Part shown: piece by piece, positions 1 to 10,330 of the stretch
How positions within the stretch are numbered: the stretch's first letter is position 1
Layout of the letters: every line of letters begins with the position of its first letter
Position numbers and translations under genes: made by a program
Notes under the pieces: model-generated
Database searches by the model: none
Told to the model about the DNA's origin: nothing
The model's input: only the letters and a program-made list of their open reading frames with translations
Assembly (NCBI GenBank): GCA_017519885.1
Contig: JAFWRO010000007.1
Span: 39,815 to 103,814 of the forward strand
Origin: Bacteroidales bacterium
GTDB taxonomy: Bacteria; Bacteroidota; Bacteroidia; Bacteroidales; UBA3663
Direction: 5' to 3'
Length of the DNA stretch: 64,000 nt

Positions 1-488
1 GAGCCTGCAGTCAGGATGATAATGCTGCTGAAGTTAAACCACCAGCCCTGATTTACAATAGCTGGACCGATCTGATAACGAAGGTTGGTCAGATAGGCGA
101 AGCTCTGGAAAATGAGCACAACTACTGTGAGCAGACGTGTGTACTGATTGATCTTGTTACGACCACTCTCACCTTCCATCGAAAGCTTGCGGAGCGATGG
201 GAGAACCATCGTCAGAAGCTGGATGATAATGGAAGCAGAGATGTAGGGCATAATACCCAATGCGAAGATTGAGGCATTCGAGAATGCTCCACCAGAGAAC
301 ATATCCAGGAGTGCCATAAGACCGCCACGTGTCTGATTGTGCAGCTCATCGAGCAGGCTGGCATCGATACCCGGAAGAACTATGAAGCAACCCAAGCGAT
401 AGATTGCAACGAGACCGAGCGTCCAAAGGATACGAGTGCGGAGCTCTTCAATCTTCCAAATGTTTTTGAATGTCTCAACTATTCTCAT
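1..488 (-). CDS. secY: Preprotein translocase SecY, N-terminal part only (gene continues past the left window edge)
   Basis: Hand translation of the minus strand from the ATG at 488 gives MRIVETFKNIWKIEELRTRILWTLGLVAIYRLGCFIVLPGID...IFALGIMPYISASIIIQLL, a typical SecY N-terminus. It lies directly downstream of rplO, as in spc operons. It is absent from the ORF track because no stop falls in the window. Confidence 0.9.
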   Translation of the reverse strand, partial: MRIVETFKNIWKIEELRTRILWTLGLVAIYRLGCFIVLPGIDASLLDELHNQTRGGLMALLDMFSGGAFSNASIFALGIMPYISASIIIQLLTMVLPSLRKLSMEGESGRNKINQYTRLLTVVVLIFQSFAYLTNLRYQIGPAIVNQGWWFNFSSIIILTAG

Positions 489-493
489 GACGT

Positions 494-946
494 TTACGCG
501 TTAACTTTTACTACTGTGCCACCAGCTGCTACGATAGCCTCCTCAGCCTTCTTAGAGAAAGCGTGGGCGGTAACCTCGAGAGCTACACTGAGGGCACCAT
601 TGCCAAGGATCTTAACAAGATCTTTCTTGGCTACAAGGCCAGCCTCATGAAGAGCCTGTACATCGATCTTTGTGAGCGACTTGGCAGTTGCAAGTGCATC
701 AAGGGTAGAAAGGTTGATGGCCTTGTACTCTACATGGTTGATGTTCTTGAAACCGAACTTCGGCAAACGACGCTGGATAGGCATCTGACCGCCTTCAAAG
801 CCGATCTTCTTCTTATAGCCGGAACGCTGCTTTGCGCCCTTGTTACCACGGGTAGAAGTGCCACCGAGACCGGAACCGGCACCACGGCCAATACGCTTAC
901 GGGTCTTTACAGAACCAGCGGCTGGCTTCAAATTACTTAAATTCAT
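494..946 (-). CDS. rplO: 50S ribosomal protein L15
   Basis: ORF 494..1021, trimmed to the internal start MNLSNLKPAAGS. It has the GRGAGSGLGGTSTRG motif and sits in conserved gene order. Confidence 0.95.
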   Translation of the reverse strand: MNLSNLKPAAGSVKTRKRIGRGAGSGLGGTSTRGNKGAKQRSGYKKKIGFEGGQMPIQRRLPKFGFKNINHVEYKAINLSTLDALATAKSLTKIDVQALHEAGLVAKKDLVKILGNGALSVALEVTAHAFSKKAEEAIVAAGGTVVKVNA

Positions 947-1041
947 ATTCTTTACACTTATTATTAAGTTAGTGATATGGAGGGGGTGTGACTTGGTTTC
1001 CCTATAATCGCCACATCCCACCCGAGGATTTTGTCTGTTAA

Positions 1042-1218
1042 TTAGTCAACAAGAGCGACAAGATGAGCGACCTTGCGAATCTGACCACGAGTGCACTCGT
1101 TGTCAGGAAGCTCGCGGACCAGACCAATGCGGGTCAGTCCGAGTGCATCAAGGGTCAACTTCTCCGTCTTAGGGCAGTTGATGCGGCTGCGAATAGCCTT
1201 TACTTTAATAGTTGCCAT
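1042..1218 (-). CDS. rpmD: 50S ribosomal protein L30
   Basis: 58-aa ORF below the ORF-track size cutoff. Hand translation gives MATIKVKAIRSRINCPKTEKLTLDALGLTRIGLVRELPDNECTRGQIRKVAHLVALVD. It lies between rpsE and rplO. Confidence 0.9.
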   Translation of the reverse strand: MATIKVKAIRSRINCPKTEKLTLDALGLTRIGLVRELPDNECTRGQIRKVAHLVALVD

Positions 1219-1235
1219 AATTTTACTGGAATTTA

Positions 1236-1751
1236 TTAACCTTTGAATACAACATCAAGTGAAACACCGCGGTTCTCAGCAACCTGCTTGGCATCACGAA
1301 GCTCACAGAGAGCCTGGATGGTAGCCTTCACGAGGTTGTGGGGGTTGGAAGAGCCCTTCGACTTGCAGAGGACATCCTTCACACCTGCACTCTCAAGGAC
1401 AGGACGCATAGCGCCACCTGCCTTCATGCCGGTACCTTCGGAAGCTGGAATGAGGAGAACCTCAGAACCACCGAAGCGAGCAGTTACCTCGTGAGGAATA
1501 GTACCCTTGAGCACGGGAACCTTAACAAGATTCTTCTTAGCGGACTCAACACCCTTTGCAATGGCAGCCTGAACTTCGCCTGCCTTACCAAGACCGTAAC
1601 CTACGATACCATTGCCATCACCTACTACAACGATAGCGGCGAAAGTAAAGGTGCGGCCACCCTTGGTAACCTTAGTAACACGATTGATAGCAACCAAACG
1701 GTCCTTCAACTCGATATCATTGGCATTCTTTACTCGAATCATATCTGTCAT
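1236..1751 (-). CDS. rpsE: 30S ribosomal protein S5
   Basis: 171 aa, with [27 protein letters not shown]. Conserved gene order. Confidence 0.97.
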   Translation of the reverse strand: MTDMIRVKNANDIELKDRLVAINRVTKVTKGGRTFTFAAIVVVGDGNGIVGYGLGKAGEVQAAIAKGVESAKKNLVKVPVLKGTIPHEVTARFGGSEVLLIPASEGTGMKAGGAMRPVLESAGVKDVLCKSKGSSNPHNLVKATIQALCELRDAKQVAENRGVSLDVVFKG

Positions 1752-1754
1752 TTA

Positions 1755-2096
1755 TTAGAATTTGAGACCACCTTCGCGGGCACCTTCTGCCAAGGCCTGT
1801 ACGCGGCCGTGATAGAGATAACCATTGCGATCGAAAACAACCTCAGTGATGCCGGCAGCTGCACACTTCTCAGCGACAGCCTGACCAACCTTCTTGGCAA
1901 CCTCAGTCTTGGTGCCCTCGGTAATACCCTTTGAGCCAGCGAATACAAGAGTCTTGCCCTCAAGGTCGTTGACAACCTGAGCATAGATAGCCTTGTTGCT
2001 GCGGAAAACGGTCAGACGAGGACGGCTGGCAGTACCATTAACCTTCTTACGAATACGGTGCTTAATCTTAATTCTTCTTTCTTTCTTAGTAATCAT
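1755..2096 (-). CDS. rplR: 50S ribosomal protein L18
   Basis: 113 aa, with [17 protein letters not shown]...[21 protein letters not shown]. Confidence 0.97.
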   Translation of the reverse strand: MITKKERRIKIKHRIRKKVNGTASRPRLTVFRSNKAIYAQVVNDLEGKTLVFAGSKGITEGTKTEVAKKVGQAVAEKCAAAGITEVVFDRNGYLYHGRVQALAEGAREGGLKF

Positions 2097-2119
2097 AATC
2101 GTCTAATTTAAAAGGTTAA

Positions 2120-2674
2120 TTATTTAGCACCGGCAGACTTGCCAGACTTACGACGAACAACCTCACCAACATAGAGGACACCCTTGCCCTTATATGGCTC
2201 AGGCTTGCGGAAAGAACGAATCTTGGTGCAAATCAGACCAAGCAGGGCCTTGTCACAAGACTCCAGGGTAATCAGTGGGTTCTGGTTACGCTCACTCTTG
2301 GTGGTCAACTTAACCTCCTTGGGGAGTACCATATAGATGGCATGAGAATAACCAAGAGCAAGTTCAAGGACATTACCATTGTTGCTGGCACGATAGCCGA
2401 CACCCACGAGCTGAAGCTCCTTCTTGAAGCCCTCGCTGCAACCAATGATCATATTGTTGATCAATGAGCGATAGAGGCCGTGCAGAGCCTTGGTCTGCTT
2501 CTCATCATTAGGACGGGTGAACTCAACCTTACCATCCTCAATGCCGAGCTGAATACCGCCAGTAAGTTTCTGGCTCATTTCGCCGTTCTTACCTTTTACG
2601 GTAACAACATCATCCTTCACAGTGACAGTTACACCTGCAGGAATAGTAATAGGCAATTTACCAATTCTTGACAT
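2120..2674 (-). CDS. rplF: 50S ribosomal protein L6
   Basis: 184 aa, with MSRIGKLPITIPAGVTVTV...PEPYKGKGV. Confidence 0.97.
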   Translation of the reverse strand: MSRIGKLPITIPAGVTVTVKDDVVTVKGKNGEMSQKLTGGIQLGIEDGKVEFTRPNDEKQTKALHGLYRSLINNMIIGCSEGFKKELQLVGVGYRASNNGNVLELALGYSHAIYMVLPKEVKLTTKSERNQNPLITLESCDKALLGLICTKIRSFRKPEPYKGKGVLYVGEVVRRKSGKSAGAK

Positions 2675-2692
2675 AGCTTATACCTCCTTTCA

Positions 2693-3088
2693 TTAATAGA
2701 TGTAACACAGAACCTCACCACCGACCTTCTGGGCAGCAGCCTCCTTGTCGGTCATGACGCCGCGCGAGGTGGAAAGGATGGCGATGCCGAGTCCGTTGAG
2801 GACGCGTGGCATGTCCTTATAGCCCACATACTTGCGGAGACCTGGTGTGGAAACACGAGTCAGACTCTTGATAGCACTCACGTGGTTTACAGGATCATAC
2901 TTCAAGGCAACCTTGATAGTACCCTGTGGGCCGTCGTCGATGAACTTGTAGTTCATGATGTAACCCTTCTCGAAGAGGATCTTGCAAATCTCCTTCTTCA
3001 AGTTTGACGCTGGAATCTCAACGACACGATGCTTAGCTGCGATGGCGTTGCGAAGACGGGTCAAAAAATCTGCAATTGAATCAGTCAT
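2693..3088 (-). CDS. rpsH: 30S ribosomal protein S8
   Basis: ORF 2693..3145, trimmed to MTDSIADFLTRLRNA (the canonical S8 start). It ends GGEVLCYIY. Confidence 0.95.
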   Translation of the reverse strand: MTDSIADFLTRLRNAIAAKHRVVEIPASNLKKEICKILFEKGYIMNYKFIDDGPQGTIKVALKYDPVNHVSAIKSLTRVSTPGLRKYVGYKDMPRVLNGLGIAILSTSRGVMTDKEAAAQKVGGEVLCYIY

Positions 3089-3215
3089 TTGATTTTGTTT
3101 GTTAAATTGATCCGGAACCTCCGGACAATATTTAATAAAAAACATATACGCAAATATCGGCGGGTCTTTAGGCCCGCTGATATTCTATAGTATCAGAGAG
3201 TGTGGGTCCACCGGA

Positions 3216-3503
3216 TTACCAGCTTGCCTTCTTGACACCAGGAATGAGACCGGCAGAAGCCATCTCACGGAACTGGATACGAGAAAGACCGAACTGACGC
3301 ATATATCCCTTTGGACGACCAGTCACCTTGCAACGGTTGTGAAGACGAACTGGGGAAGCATTCTTTGGAAGAGCTTGAAGCTCCTGAACAGCCTCATAGT
3401 CACCGGCAGCAGCACGCTTCTTGAGTTCAGCACGCTTAGCAGCATACTTCTTTACAAGAGCCTTACGCTTAACCTCACGGGCTACCATTGAAATCTTTGC
3501 CAT
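3216..3503 (-). CDS. rpsN: 30S ribosomal protein S14
   Basis: 95 aa, with [20 protein letters not shown]...[11 protein letters not shown]. Confidence 0.95.
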   Translation of the reverse strand: MAKISMVAREVKRKALVKKYAAKRAELKKRAAAGDYEAVQELQALPKNASPVRLHNRCKVTGRPKGYMRQFGLSRIQFREMASAGLIPGVKKASW

Positions 3504-3512
3504 ATCTTGATC

Positions 3513-4067
3513 TTACTTTTTAGCGTTCTTGAATGGAAGACCGAACTCCTTCAGGAGAGCATAACCCTCCTCGTCAGTCCTGGCAGTAGTCACGAAGGTG
3601 ATGTTCATACCAAGGATGCGCTGAATGCTGTCGATGTTGATCTCAGGGAAAATAATCTGCTCGGTAATACCGAGAGTATAGTTGCCACGACCATCGAACT
3701 TGGAGTCGATACCGCCGAAGTCGCGGATACGGGGAAGAGCCACACGGATCAGACGCTCGAGGAACTCATACATCATCTGGTGACGAAGGGTAACACGTAC
3801 GCCGATAGGCATCTGCTTACGAACCTTGAACTGAGCGATATCCTTCTTCGAAAGAGTCTGCACAGCCTTCTGACCAGTGATGGCAGTCAGTTCGGTGATA
3901 GCAGTTTCAATGATCTTCTTGTCAGCAACAGCCATACCGAGGCCCTCGTTGATGACAATCTTCTCGAGACGGGGCACCTGCATTACAGTGGTATAACCAA
4001 ACTGCTTGGTGAGTGCAGGAACGATGGTCTCTTTGTAATATTGCTTAAGTGATGCAGTATTTGCCAT
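3513..4067 (-). CDS. rplE: 50S ribosomal protein L5
   Basis: 184 aa, with [13 protein letters not shown]...[19 protein letters not shown]. Confidence 0.97.
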   Translation of the reverse strand: MANTASLKQYYKETIVPALTKQFGYTTVMQVPRLEKIVINEGLGMAVADKKIIETAITELTAITGQKAVQTLSKKDIAQFKVRKQMPIGVRVTLRHQMMYEFLERLIRVALPRIRDFGGIDSKFDGRGNYTLGITEQIIFPEINIDSIQRILGMNITFVTTARTDEEGYALLKEFGLPFKNAKK

Positions 4068-4083
4068 TATTTAGACCTCCTTA

Positions 4084-4368
4084 TTACTTGTTGATTTTAA
4101 TATTGGTGACCTTGCCGTTGGAACGGATGGCCTTGCCATTCTCATTGATGCGATTGAGCTTGGAAACGTGGATAGGAGCCTCCTTCTCAATGATGCCGCC
4201 CTGAGGATACTTTGCATTTGGCTTGGTGCTCTTCTTTACGATGTTGATGCCTTCGACGATAGCCGTCTTCTTCTCGACATTCACAGAAAGAACTTTGCCA
4301 GTCTTGCCCTTGTTCTCGCCAGAGTTAACAACTACGTTGTCACCCTTCTTTACGTTCAATGTATTCAT
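4084..4368 (-). CDS. rplX: 50S ribosomal protein L24
   Basis: ORF 4084..4413, trimmed to [24 protein letters not shown] (KOW motif). The longer start would overlap rplN by about 29 nt. Confidence 0.9.
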   Translation of the reverse strand: MNTLNVKKGDNVVVNSGENKGKTGKVLSVNVEKKTAIVEGINIVKKSTKPNAKYPQGGIIEKEAPIHVSKLNRINENGKAIRSNGKVTNIKINK

Positions 4369-4384
4369 ATCTGCATTTACGTTA

Positions 4385-4750
4385 TTAGAGCACTTCAGGT
4401 GCAAGTGAAACAATCTTCATATTAGCAGCACGGAGTTCACGGGCAACAGGGCCGAAAATACGTGATCCACGCATATCACCAGCGTTGTTCAGAAGAACAC
4501 AGGCGTTGTCATCGAAGCGGATATATGAACCATCGGGACGACGAACCTCCTTCTTGGTACGAACGATAATAGCTTTGCTGACGGTACCCTTCTTCATGTC
4601 GCTAGAAGGAACTACACTCTTAACAGTCACTACGATAATATCACCTACAGATGCATATCGGCGACCAGTGCCACCAAGCACGCGGATGCAGAGGCACTCC
4701 CTACCACCGGAATTATCGGCGATTTTAAGTCTTGATTCAGTCTGTATCAT
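4385..4750 (-). CDS. rplN: 50S ribosomal protein L14
   Basis: 121 aa, with [27 protein letters not shown]. Confidence 0.97.
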   Translation of the reverse strand: MIQTESRLKIADNSGGRECLCIRVLGGTGRRYASVGDIIVVTVKSVVPSSDMKKGTVSKAIIVRTKKEVRRPDGSYIRFDDNACVLLNNAGDMRGSRIFGPVARELRAANMKIVSLAPEVL

Positions 4751-4755
4751 AATAT

Positions 4756-5013
4756 TTACTTAGCCTTTTCGAGGATTTCTACTAAACGCCAACGCTTTGT
4801 TTTGCTCAGCGGACGAGTTTCCATCAGGAGGACGCGATCGCCTACCTGGGCCTCATTCTTTTCGTCATGAGCGTGGTATTTCTTTGTCTTGTTGACAAAC
4901 TTACCATAGATTGGGTGCTTCTCCTTGTACTTCACAGTAACAGTGATGGTCTTGTCCATCTTATCGCTGGAGACGATGCCCATTCTAGTTTTTCTAAGAT
5001 TTCTTGTTTCCAT
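4756..5013 (-). CDS. rpsQ: 30S ribosomal protein S17
   Basis: 85 aa, with [19 protein letters not shown]...[14 protein letters not shown]. Confidence 0.96.
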   Translation of the reverse strand: METRNLRKTRMGIVSSDKMDKTITVTVKYKEKHPIYGKFVNKTKKYHAHDEKNEAQVGDRVLLMETRPLSKTKRWRLVEILEKAK

Positions 5014-5055
5014 TGAAAAAATCTGTTCTAAAATAAATTTGAGTTTTGAGGATGC

Positions 5056-5259
5056 TTACTCGACCTGAGCAGCAGCTGTACGGTTGTTGAGTTCTGTCAG
5101 CATACGTGCGACATCACGACGGGTAGTGCGGATCACCATTGGATTGTCCAGAGGGGCAATTGCATGGTTGAACTCCAACGATTCCAGCTTTGCCTTTGTC
5201 TCAGCAATACGACCTTGCAGTTCCTCAGTTGTAAGATTCTTAAGTTCTGAAGTCTTCAT
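5056..5259 (-). CDS. rpmC: 50S ribosomal protein L29
   Basis: 67 aa helical protein starting MKTSELKNLTTEELQGRI. Positioned between rplP and rpsQ. Confidence 0.93.
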   Translation of the reverse strand: MKTSELKNLTTEELQGRIAETKAKLESLEFNHAIAPLDNPMVIRTTRRDVARMLTELNNRTAAAQVE

Positions 5260-5276
5260 TGTAGTGGTTGTTTGTT

Positions 5277-5711
5277 TTAGAGAACGACAAGTTCTGGATC
5301 ATAGTCGCGACGAACGACAAACTTGGTCAGGACGGGGAGCTTCTGAGCACCGAGGCGGAGAGCCTCCTTGGCAACCTCGAAAGGCACACCATCAATCTCA
5401 AAAAGGATACGGCCTGGGTTGCAGTCTGCTACCCAACCTTCCGGATCACCCTTACCTTTACCCATTCGGACATCGGCAGGCTTGCGAGTGTAAGGCTTGT
5501 CAGGGAACACGCGGCACCAGAGCTGGCCTTCACGTTGCATGTAACGGGTGATAGCGACACGAGCGGCTTCAAGTTGACGCGCATTGATCCATTTATTCTC
5601 AAGCGTCTTGATTCCGAACGAACCGAAAGCCAACTGATTGCCTCGCTGGGCATTGCCCTTGAGGTTGTTCTTCTGCTGGCGGCGGTACTTAGTTCTTTTC
5701 GGCTGTAACAT
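5277..5711 (-). CDS. rplP: 50S ribosomal protein L16
   Basis: 144 aa, with [15 protein letters not shown]...[12 protein letters not shown]. Confidence 0.97.
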   Translation of the reverse strand: MLQPKRTKYRRQQKNNLKGNAQRGNQLAFGSFGIKTLENKWINARQLEAARVAITRYMQREGQLWCRVFPDKPYTRKPADVRMGKGKGDPEGWVADCNPGRILFEIDGVPFEVAKEALRLGAQKLPVLTKFVVRRDYDPELVVL

Positions 5712-5740
5712 TGTTTTAAAGCTTCTAAATCGTTATTTAA

Positions 5741-6490
5741 TTATTTTTTGTTACGGAAACCGCCACGACGCTCGCCATCACGACGACCACGACGCTCGCC
5801 ACGACCTTCGCCCTGTGGACGACCAGTTTCCTTCTGCTTAGCGAAGTTTGGAGCAAGATCCTTCTTGCCATAAACCTCACCGCGGCAGATCCATACTTTG
5901 ATGCCGATCACACCAACCTTGGTGATTGCCTCAGCCAGAGCATAGTCGATGTCAGCACGGAAAGTGTGAAGTGGGGTACGACCCTCCTTGTACATCTCCT
6001 TGCGCGACATTTCAGCGCCATTGAGACGACCCGAGCACTGAACCTTGATACCCTCAGCACCTACACGCATTGCAGACTGGATAGCCATCTTGACAGCACG
6101 ACGGTAAGCAACCTTACCCTCTACCTGACGTGCGATGTTGTTTGCTACGATTGAGGCATCAACCTCAGGCTTCTTGATCTCGTAGATGTTGATCTGAACA
6201 TCCTTATCGGTGATTGACTTGAGCTCTTCCTTCAACTTATCGACCTCGCTGCCGGCCTTACCGATGATGATACCTGGACGGGCGGTGCAGATAGTGATGG
6301 TGACGAGCTTCAGTGTACGTTCGATCACAATGCGGGAAAGACTTGCCTTGGCAAGGCGTGCATTGAGATACTTGCGAATCTTAGCATCCTCTATGATGGT
6401 ATCACCACAGTTCTTGGAAGCAAACCAATTGGAATCCCAACCACGGATGATGCCCAGACGATTTGAAATTGGAGAAATTTTCTGTCCCAT
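5741..6490 (-). CDS. rpsC: 30S ribosomal protein S3
   Basis: 249 aa, with [23 protein letters not shown] and an R/G-rich C-terminal tail. Confidence 0.97.
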   Translation of the reverse strand: MGQKISPISNRLGIIRGWDSNWFASKNCGDTIIEDAKIRKYLNARLAKASLSRIVIERTLKLVTITICTARPGIIIGKAGSEVDKLKEELKSITDKDVQINIYEIKKPEVDASIVANNIARQVEGKVAYRRAVKMAIQSAMRVGAEGIKVQCSGRLNGAEMSRKEMYKEGRTPLHTFRADIDYALAEAITKVGVIGIKVWICRGEVYGKKDLAPNFAKQKETGRPQGEGRGERRGRRDGERRGGFRNKK

Positions 6491-6501
6491 GTTAGAGAAT
6501 A

Positions 6502-6903
6502 TTAAGCTTCTTTGTTAATTGAATCTACGTAAATAGTCACGTGGTTAGAACGCTTGCGAACGCGATAAGCACGTCCCTGTGGTGCAGGGCGAAGGCGCTT
6601 GATGGTGGCGCCCTCGTCAACGACGATGGCACTCACCTTGAGCTGGCCAGCCTCGGCCTTCTGACCGGTCTTGGCCTCCCAGTTAGCGATTGCGGACTTC
6701 AAAAGAAGCTCAACACGGGCAGCAGCCTCCTTGTTGGAGAAATGAAGGACACCCAGAGCCTTGAAAGCCTCCATGCCGCGTACCATATCTGCTACGAGAC
6801 GCATCTTGCGTGGAGAGGTTGGGATATTGTTATACTTAGCGAAATAAGTAGCCTTACGAACTTCCTTCAGCTTATTGGCAGATGTCTGTTTTCTATTAGC
6901 CAT
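6502..6903 (-). CDS. rplV: 50S ribosomal protein L22
   Basis: 133 aa, with [14 protein letters not shown]...[22 protein letters not shown]. Confidence 0.96.
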   Translation of the reverse strand: MANRKQTSANKLKEVRKATYFAKYNNIPTSPRKMRLVADMVRGMEAFKALGVLHFSNKEAAARVELLLKSAIANWEAKTGQKAEAGQLKVSAIVVDEGATIKRLRPAPQGRAYRVRKRSNHVTIYVDSINKEA

Positions 6904-6935
6904 TGTTCTAGAATTATTTTAGTAAGACCCTATAT

Positions 6936-7202
6936 TTACTTGCGATTACCAGAGTGGCCACGGAATGTGCGAGTCATTGAGAACTCACCGAGCTTGTGAC
7001 CTACCATGTTCTCAGTTACATAAACTGGAACGAACTTGTTACCGTTGTGAACAGCGATGGTGTGACCAACGAAATCAGGAGAGATCGTGGTAGCACGAGA
7101 CCAAGTCTTGACTACAGCCTTCTTGCCAGACTCATTCATGGCAAGGATCTTCTTCTCGAGCTTAACGCTAATAAACGGGCCTTTTTTTAAGGAACGACTC
7201 AT
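6936..7202 (-). CDS. rpsS: 30S ribosomal protein S19
   Basis: 88 aa, with [11 protein letters not shown]...[16 protein letters not shown]. Confidence 0.97.
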   Translation of the reverse strand: MSRSLKKGPFISVKLEKKILAMNESGKKAVVKTWSRATTISPDFVGHTIAVHNGNKFVPVYVTENMVGHKLGEFSMTRTFRGHSGNRK

Positions 7203-7234
7203 ATTATTATATTAAATAATGTGTTACTTCAAAA

Positions 7235-8062
7235 TTACTTCTTATTAGCTCTCTCGATAATGTACTTTGAAGACTGCTTCTTTGGTGAACGTGTCTTCAG
7301 ACCCTTAGCGTAGAGACCCTTACGCGAACGTGGGTGACCACCAGACTGACGACCTTCGCCACCACCCATCGGGTGATCGACTGGGTTCATCACAACGCCA
7401 CGGTTGTGTGGACGACGGCCCAACCAGCGAGAGCGACCTGCCTTACCACTCTTCTCGAGTGCGTGGTCAGAGTTGCCTACCGAACCGATAGTAGCCTTGC
7501 AGGTAGCAAGGATTTTGCGGGTTTCGCCAGAGGGGAGCTTGATGATTGCATAGTCACCTTCTTTTGAAGTAAGCTGAGCGAAGTTACCAGCAGAACGAAC
7601 AAGGGCGGCACCCTGTCCCGGGCGGAGCTCGATGTTGTGAATGACTGAACCTACTGGAATGTCCTTAAGTGCAAGAGCGTTGCCAACTTCAGGAAGAGCC
7701 TTGGCACCTGATTCTACATGTGCGCCTACCTTGAGGCCGTTAGGTGCGAGGATGTAACGCTTTTCGCCATCTACATAGTAGAGGAGTGCGATGTTAGCGC
7801 TGCGGTTAGGATCGTACTCGATAGACTTGACTACTGCAGGTACGCCATCCTTGTTGCGCTTGAAATCGATGAAACGATAAGACTGCTTGTGACCACCACC
7901 GATGTAACGCATGGTGAGGCGGCCCTGGTTGTTACGACCACCAGTCTTGGTCTTACCGACAGTGAGAGACTTTTCGGGCTTGCTAGCGGTGATCTCATCG
8001 AATGCGCTGATAGCCTTGCCTCTCTGGCCCGGAGTTGTGGGCTTGAATTTGCGGATTGCCAT
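7235..8062 (-). CDS. rplB: 50S ribosomal protein L2
   Basis: 275 aa, with [15 protein letters not shown]...[13 protein letters not shown]. Confidence 0.98.
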   Translation of the reverse strand: MAIRKFKPTTPGQRGKAISAFDEITASKPEKSLTVGKTKTGGRNNQGRLTMRYIGGGHKQSYRFIDFKRNKDGVPAVVKSIEYDPNRSANIALLYYVDGEKRYILAPNGLKVGAHVESGAKALPEVGNALALKDIPVGSVIHNIELRPGQGAALVRSAGNFAQLTSKEGDYAIIKLPSGETRKILATCKATIGSVGNSDHALEKSGKAGRSRWLGRRPHNRGVVMNPVDHPMGGGEGRQSGGHPRSRKGLYAKGLKTRSPKKQSSKYIIERANKK

Positions 8063-8196
8063 TTTTTTGTTTTAGCATTCTCGGCCGTCGCAGACGCAAT
8101 TGCTGAAATTCAGAGTTACCATCCGACGTATCGCGATGGGCTTTCGAACGACTTTGCTGCGCCAGGAGGGCGGCCGAAGTTAGTGAATATTGTTAA

Positions 8197-8532
8197 TTAG
8201 TTGATGTTAGCGTAGAAATCAATCGTATCGCCTTCCTTGAGGGTCACATAGGCCTTCTTGTAAGCGGCAGTCTTGCCGACCTGCAGACCTCTCTTGGTGT
8301 AGCGGCTCTTGACCTTGCCAGCGTAGTTGATGGTGTTAACCGACTCAACAGTGACGCCGAACTTCTGTTCTACAGCCTGCTTGATCTGGATCTTGTTGGC
8401 CTTGGTGTCAACATAGAAACCGTAAACGACGTTAACAGGAGCGCTACCATCCTTCTTCTTGCGAGCTTCAGATGACTTGTCTGTGATCTTGGTCATCTTC
8501 TCAGTTACGATGGGTTTAATCAGAATTGCCAT
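8197..8532 (-). CDS. rplW: 50S ribosomal protein L23
   Basis: 111 aa, with IKPIVTEKMTKITDK...KKAYVTLKEGDTIDF. Conserved gene order. Confidence 0.93.
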   Translation of the reverse strand: MAILIKPIVTEKMTKITDKSSEARKKKDGSAPVNVVYGFYVDTKANKIQIKQAVEQKFGVTVESVNTINYAGKVKSRYTKRGLQVGKTAAYKKAYVTLKEGDTIDFYANIN

Positions 8533-8546
8533 GTCTGTTACTTGCT

Positions 8547-9167
8547 TTAGAGGTTGTTAACTGTTTCAACAGCGCTCTCTGTAATCACGAGTGTGCCGCA
8601 GTTCATCACGTTGTAGGTGTTGAGTGAATCTGCTGGCAGGACGCTGACCTTCTTGAGGTTTCGAGCAGACAAAAGTACGTTTTTATTTTCATTTAAGCAA
8701 ACAAAAGCGACCTTTTTTTCTGCAACCTGCAGGTTTTTAACTATGTTAGCAATTGCTTTGGTAGATGGAGTTTCCAATTTAAGGTCCTCAATTACAACAA
8801 TTGCGTTCTCTGCAGCCTTGGTCGAGAGGGCGCTCTTACGAGCGAGAGCCTTCACCTTTTTGTTGAGCTTGAAGCTGTAATCGCGGGGCTTTGGACCGAA
8901 TACGCGACCGCCACCAACGAGCACTGGTGAGTTGATATCACCGCGACGTGCACCGCCGCCGCCCTTCTGGCGACCGAGCTTGCGGGTTGAACCGCTAACC
9001 TCTGAACGCTCCTTTGACTTATGGGTACCCTGACGCTGGTCAGCAAGGAACTGCTTAACAGCGAGGTAGATTACATGGTCGTTGGGCTCAATGCCAAAAA
9101 CCTCATCGTTGAGGACAACCGTACGACCGGTTTCCTTACCTTCCTTGTTTAATACTTTCAGTTCCAT
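8547..9167 (-). CDS. rplD: 50S ribosomal protein L4
   Basis: 206 aa, with [24 protein letters not shown]. Confidence 0.96.
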   Translation of the reverse strand: MELKVLNKEGKETGRTVVLNDEVFGIEPNDHVIYLAVKQFLADQRQGTHKSKERSEVSGSTRKLGRQKGGGGARRGDINSPVLVGGGRVFGPKPRDYSFKLNKKVKALARKSALSTKAAENAIVVIEDLKLETPSTKAIANIVKNLQVAEKKVAFVCLNENKNVLLSARNLKKVSVLPADSLNTYNVMNCGTLVITESAVETVNNL

Positions 9168-9787
9168 TACTTCTCAATTGTTAAAAGTGAACCCTTTGCT
9201 CCTGGCACGCTGCCCTTCACGAGAAGGAGGTTGTGCTCAGGAATAACCTTCAACACCTGGAGATTCTGTACAGTCACCTGCACATTACCCATCTGGCCAC
9301 CCATGCGGAGGCCCTTGAATACGCGTGCTGGATAAGAGCATGCGCCGATTGAACCTGGCTTACGCAGACGGTCGTCCTGGCCGTGAGTGGTCTGGCCTAC
9401 GCCACCGAAACCATGACGCTTAACAACGCCCTGGAAGCCGTGACCCTTCGACGTACCCACTACGTCAACGAACTCGGCGTCAGCGAAGAGATCATTCACG
9501 GTGATTACATCACCAAGCTGATACTGCTTCTCGTAACCCTTAAACTCTGCAAGGTGCTTCATTGGAGCAACACCTGCTTTCTTGAGGTGACCCATAACTG
9601 GCTTGGAGACATGCTTCTCAGTGGTCTCCTCGAAGCCGACCTGTACAGCTTCATAACCATCTTTCTCGATCGTCTTGATCTGAGTCACAACACAAGGACC
9701 TACTTCAATAACAGTGCATGGCACGTTCTTGCCATCAGCACTGAAGACGGAAGTCATTCCGACTTTTTTGCCTAATAATCCTGGCAT
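9167..9787 (-). CDS. rplC: 50S ribosomal protein L3
   Basis: 206 aa, with [15 protein letters not shown]...[15 protein letters not shown]. Confidence 0.97.
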   Translation of the reverse strand: MPGLLGKKVGMTSVFSADGKNVPCTVIEVGPCVVTQIKTIEKDGYEAVQVGFEETTEKHVSKPVMGHLKKAGVAPMKHLAEFKGYEKQYQLGDVITVNDLFADAEFVDVVGTSKGHGFQGVVKRHGFGGVGQTTHGQDDRLRKPGSIGACSYPARVFKGLRMGGQMGNVQVTVQNLQVLKVIPEHNLLLVKGSVPGAKGSLLTIEK

Positions 9788-9973
9788 ATTTCAGTTACTT
9801 GTTGTGCCTGGCGGGAATGCCTTCTTCCGAAAACGTTCCACAGGCGGTTAATAATATTAAATTGATTTGTTTTTTTTGACAGTTTAGGCCGAAACTTCCC
9901 CTGTTACAGGTTCCATCCCGGTTTGTAAGGCCGGGGAGGGGTCTCCTCCCCAGTCCCAAATAGTTTGTAGTTA

Positions 9974-10279
9974 TTATACCTTGATTTCAACCTCGACACC
10001 TGAAGGCAACTCGATCTTCATCAAAGCCTCTACAGTGCGTGGAGTAGCCGATACGATGTCGATGAGACGCTTGTAGGCGCAGAGCTGGAACTGCTCGCGG
10101 CTCTTCTTGTTAACGAAGGTCGAGCGGTTGACAGTAAAGATGCGCTTCAAGGTTGGCAACGGAATAGGACCGTTGACCTTGGCGCCTGTCGACTTCACAG
10201 TCTTTACGATCTTCTCAGCTGACTTGTCAACGAGCATGTGGTCGAAAGACTTCAACTTAATACGAATTTTCTGATCCAT
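9974..10279 (-). CDS. rpsJ: 30S ribosomal protein S10
   Basis: 101 aa, with [20 protein letters not shown]...[11 protein letters not shown]. Confidence 0.97.
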   Translation of the reverse strand: MDQKIRIKLKSFDHMLVDKSAEKIVKTVKSTGAKVNGPIPLPTLKRIFTVNRSTFVNKKSREQFQLCAYKRLIDIVSATPRTVEALMKIELPSGVEVEIKV

Positions 10280-10330
10280 ATTTGGTTTTAAGAATTTACG
10301 TTAATTAATTATTGATCTTTACGACCTTGA

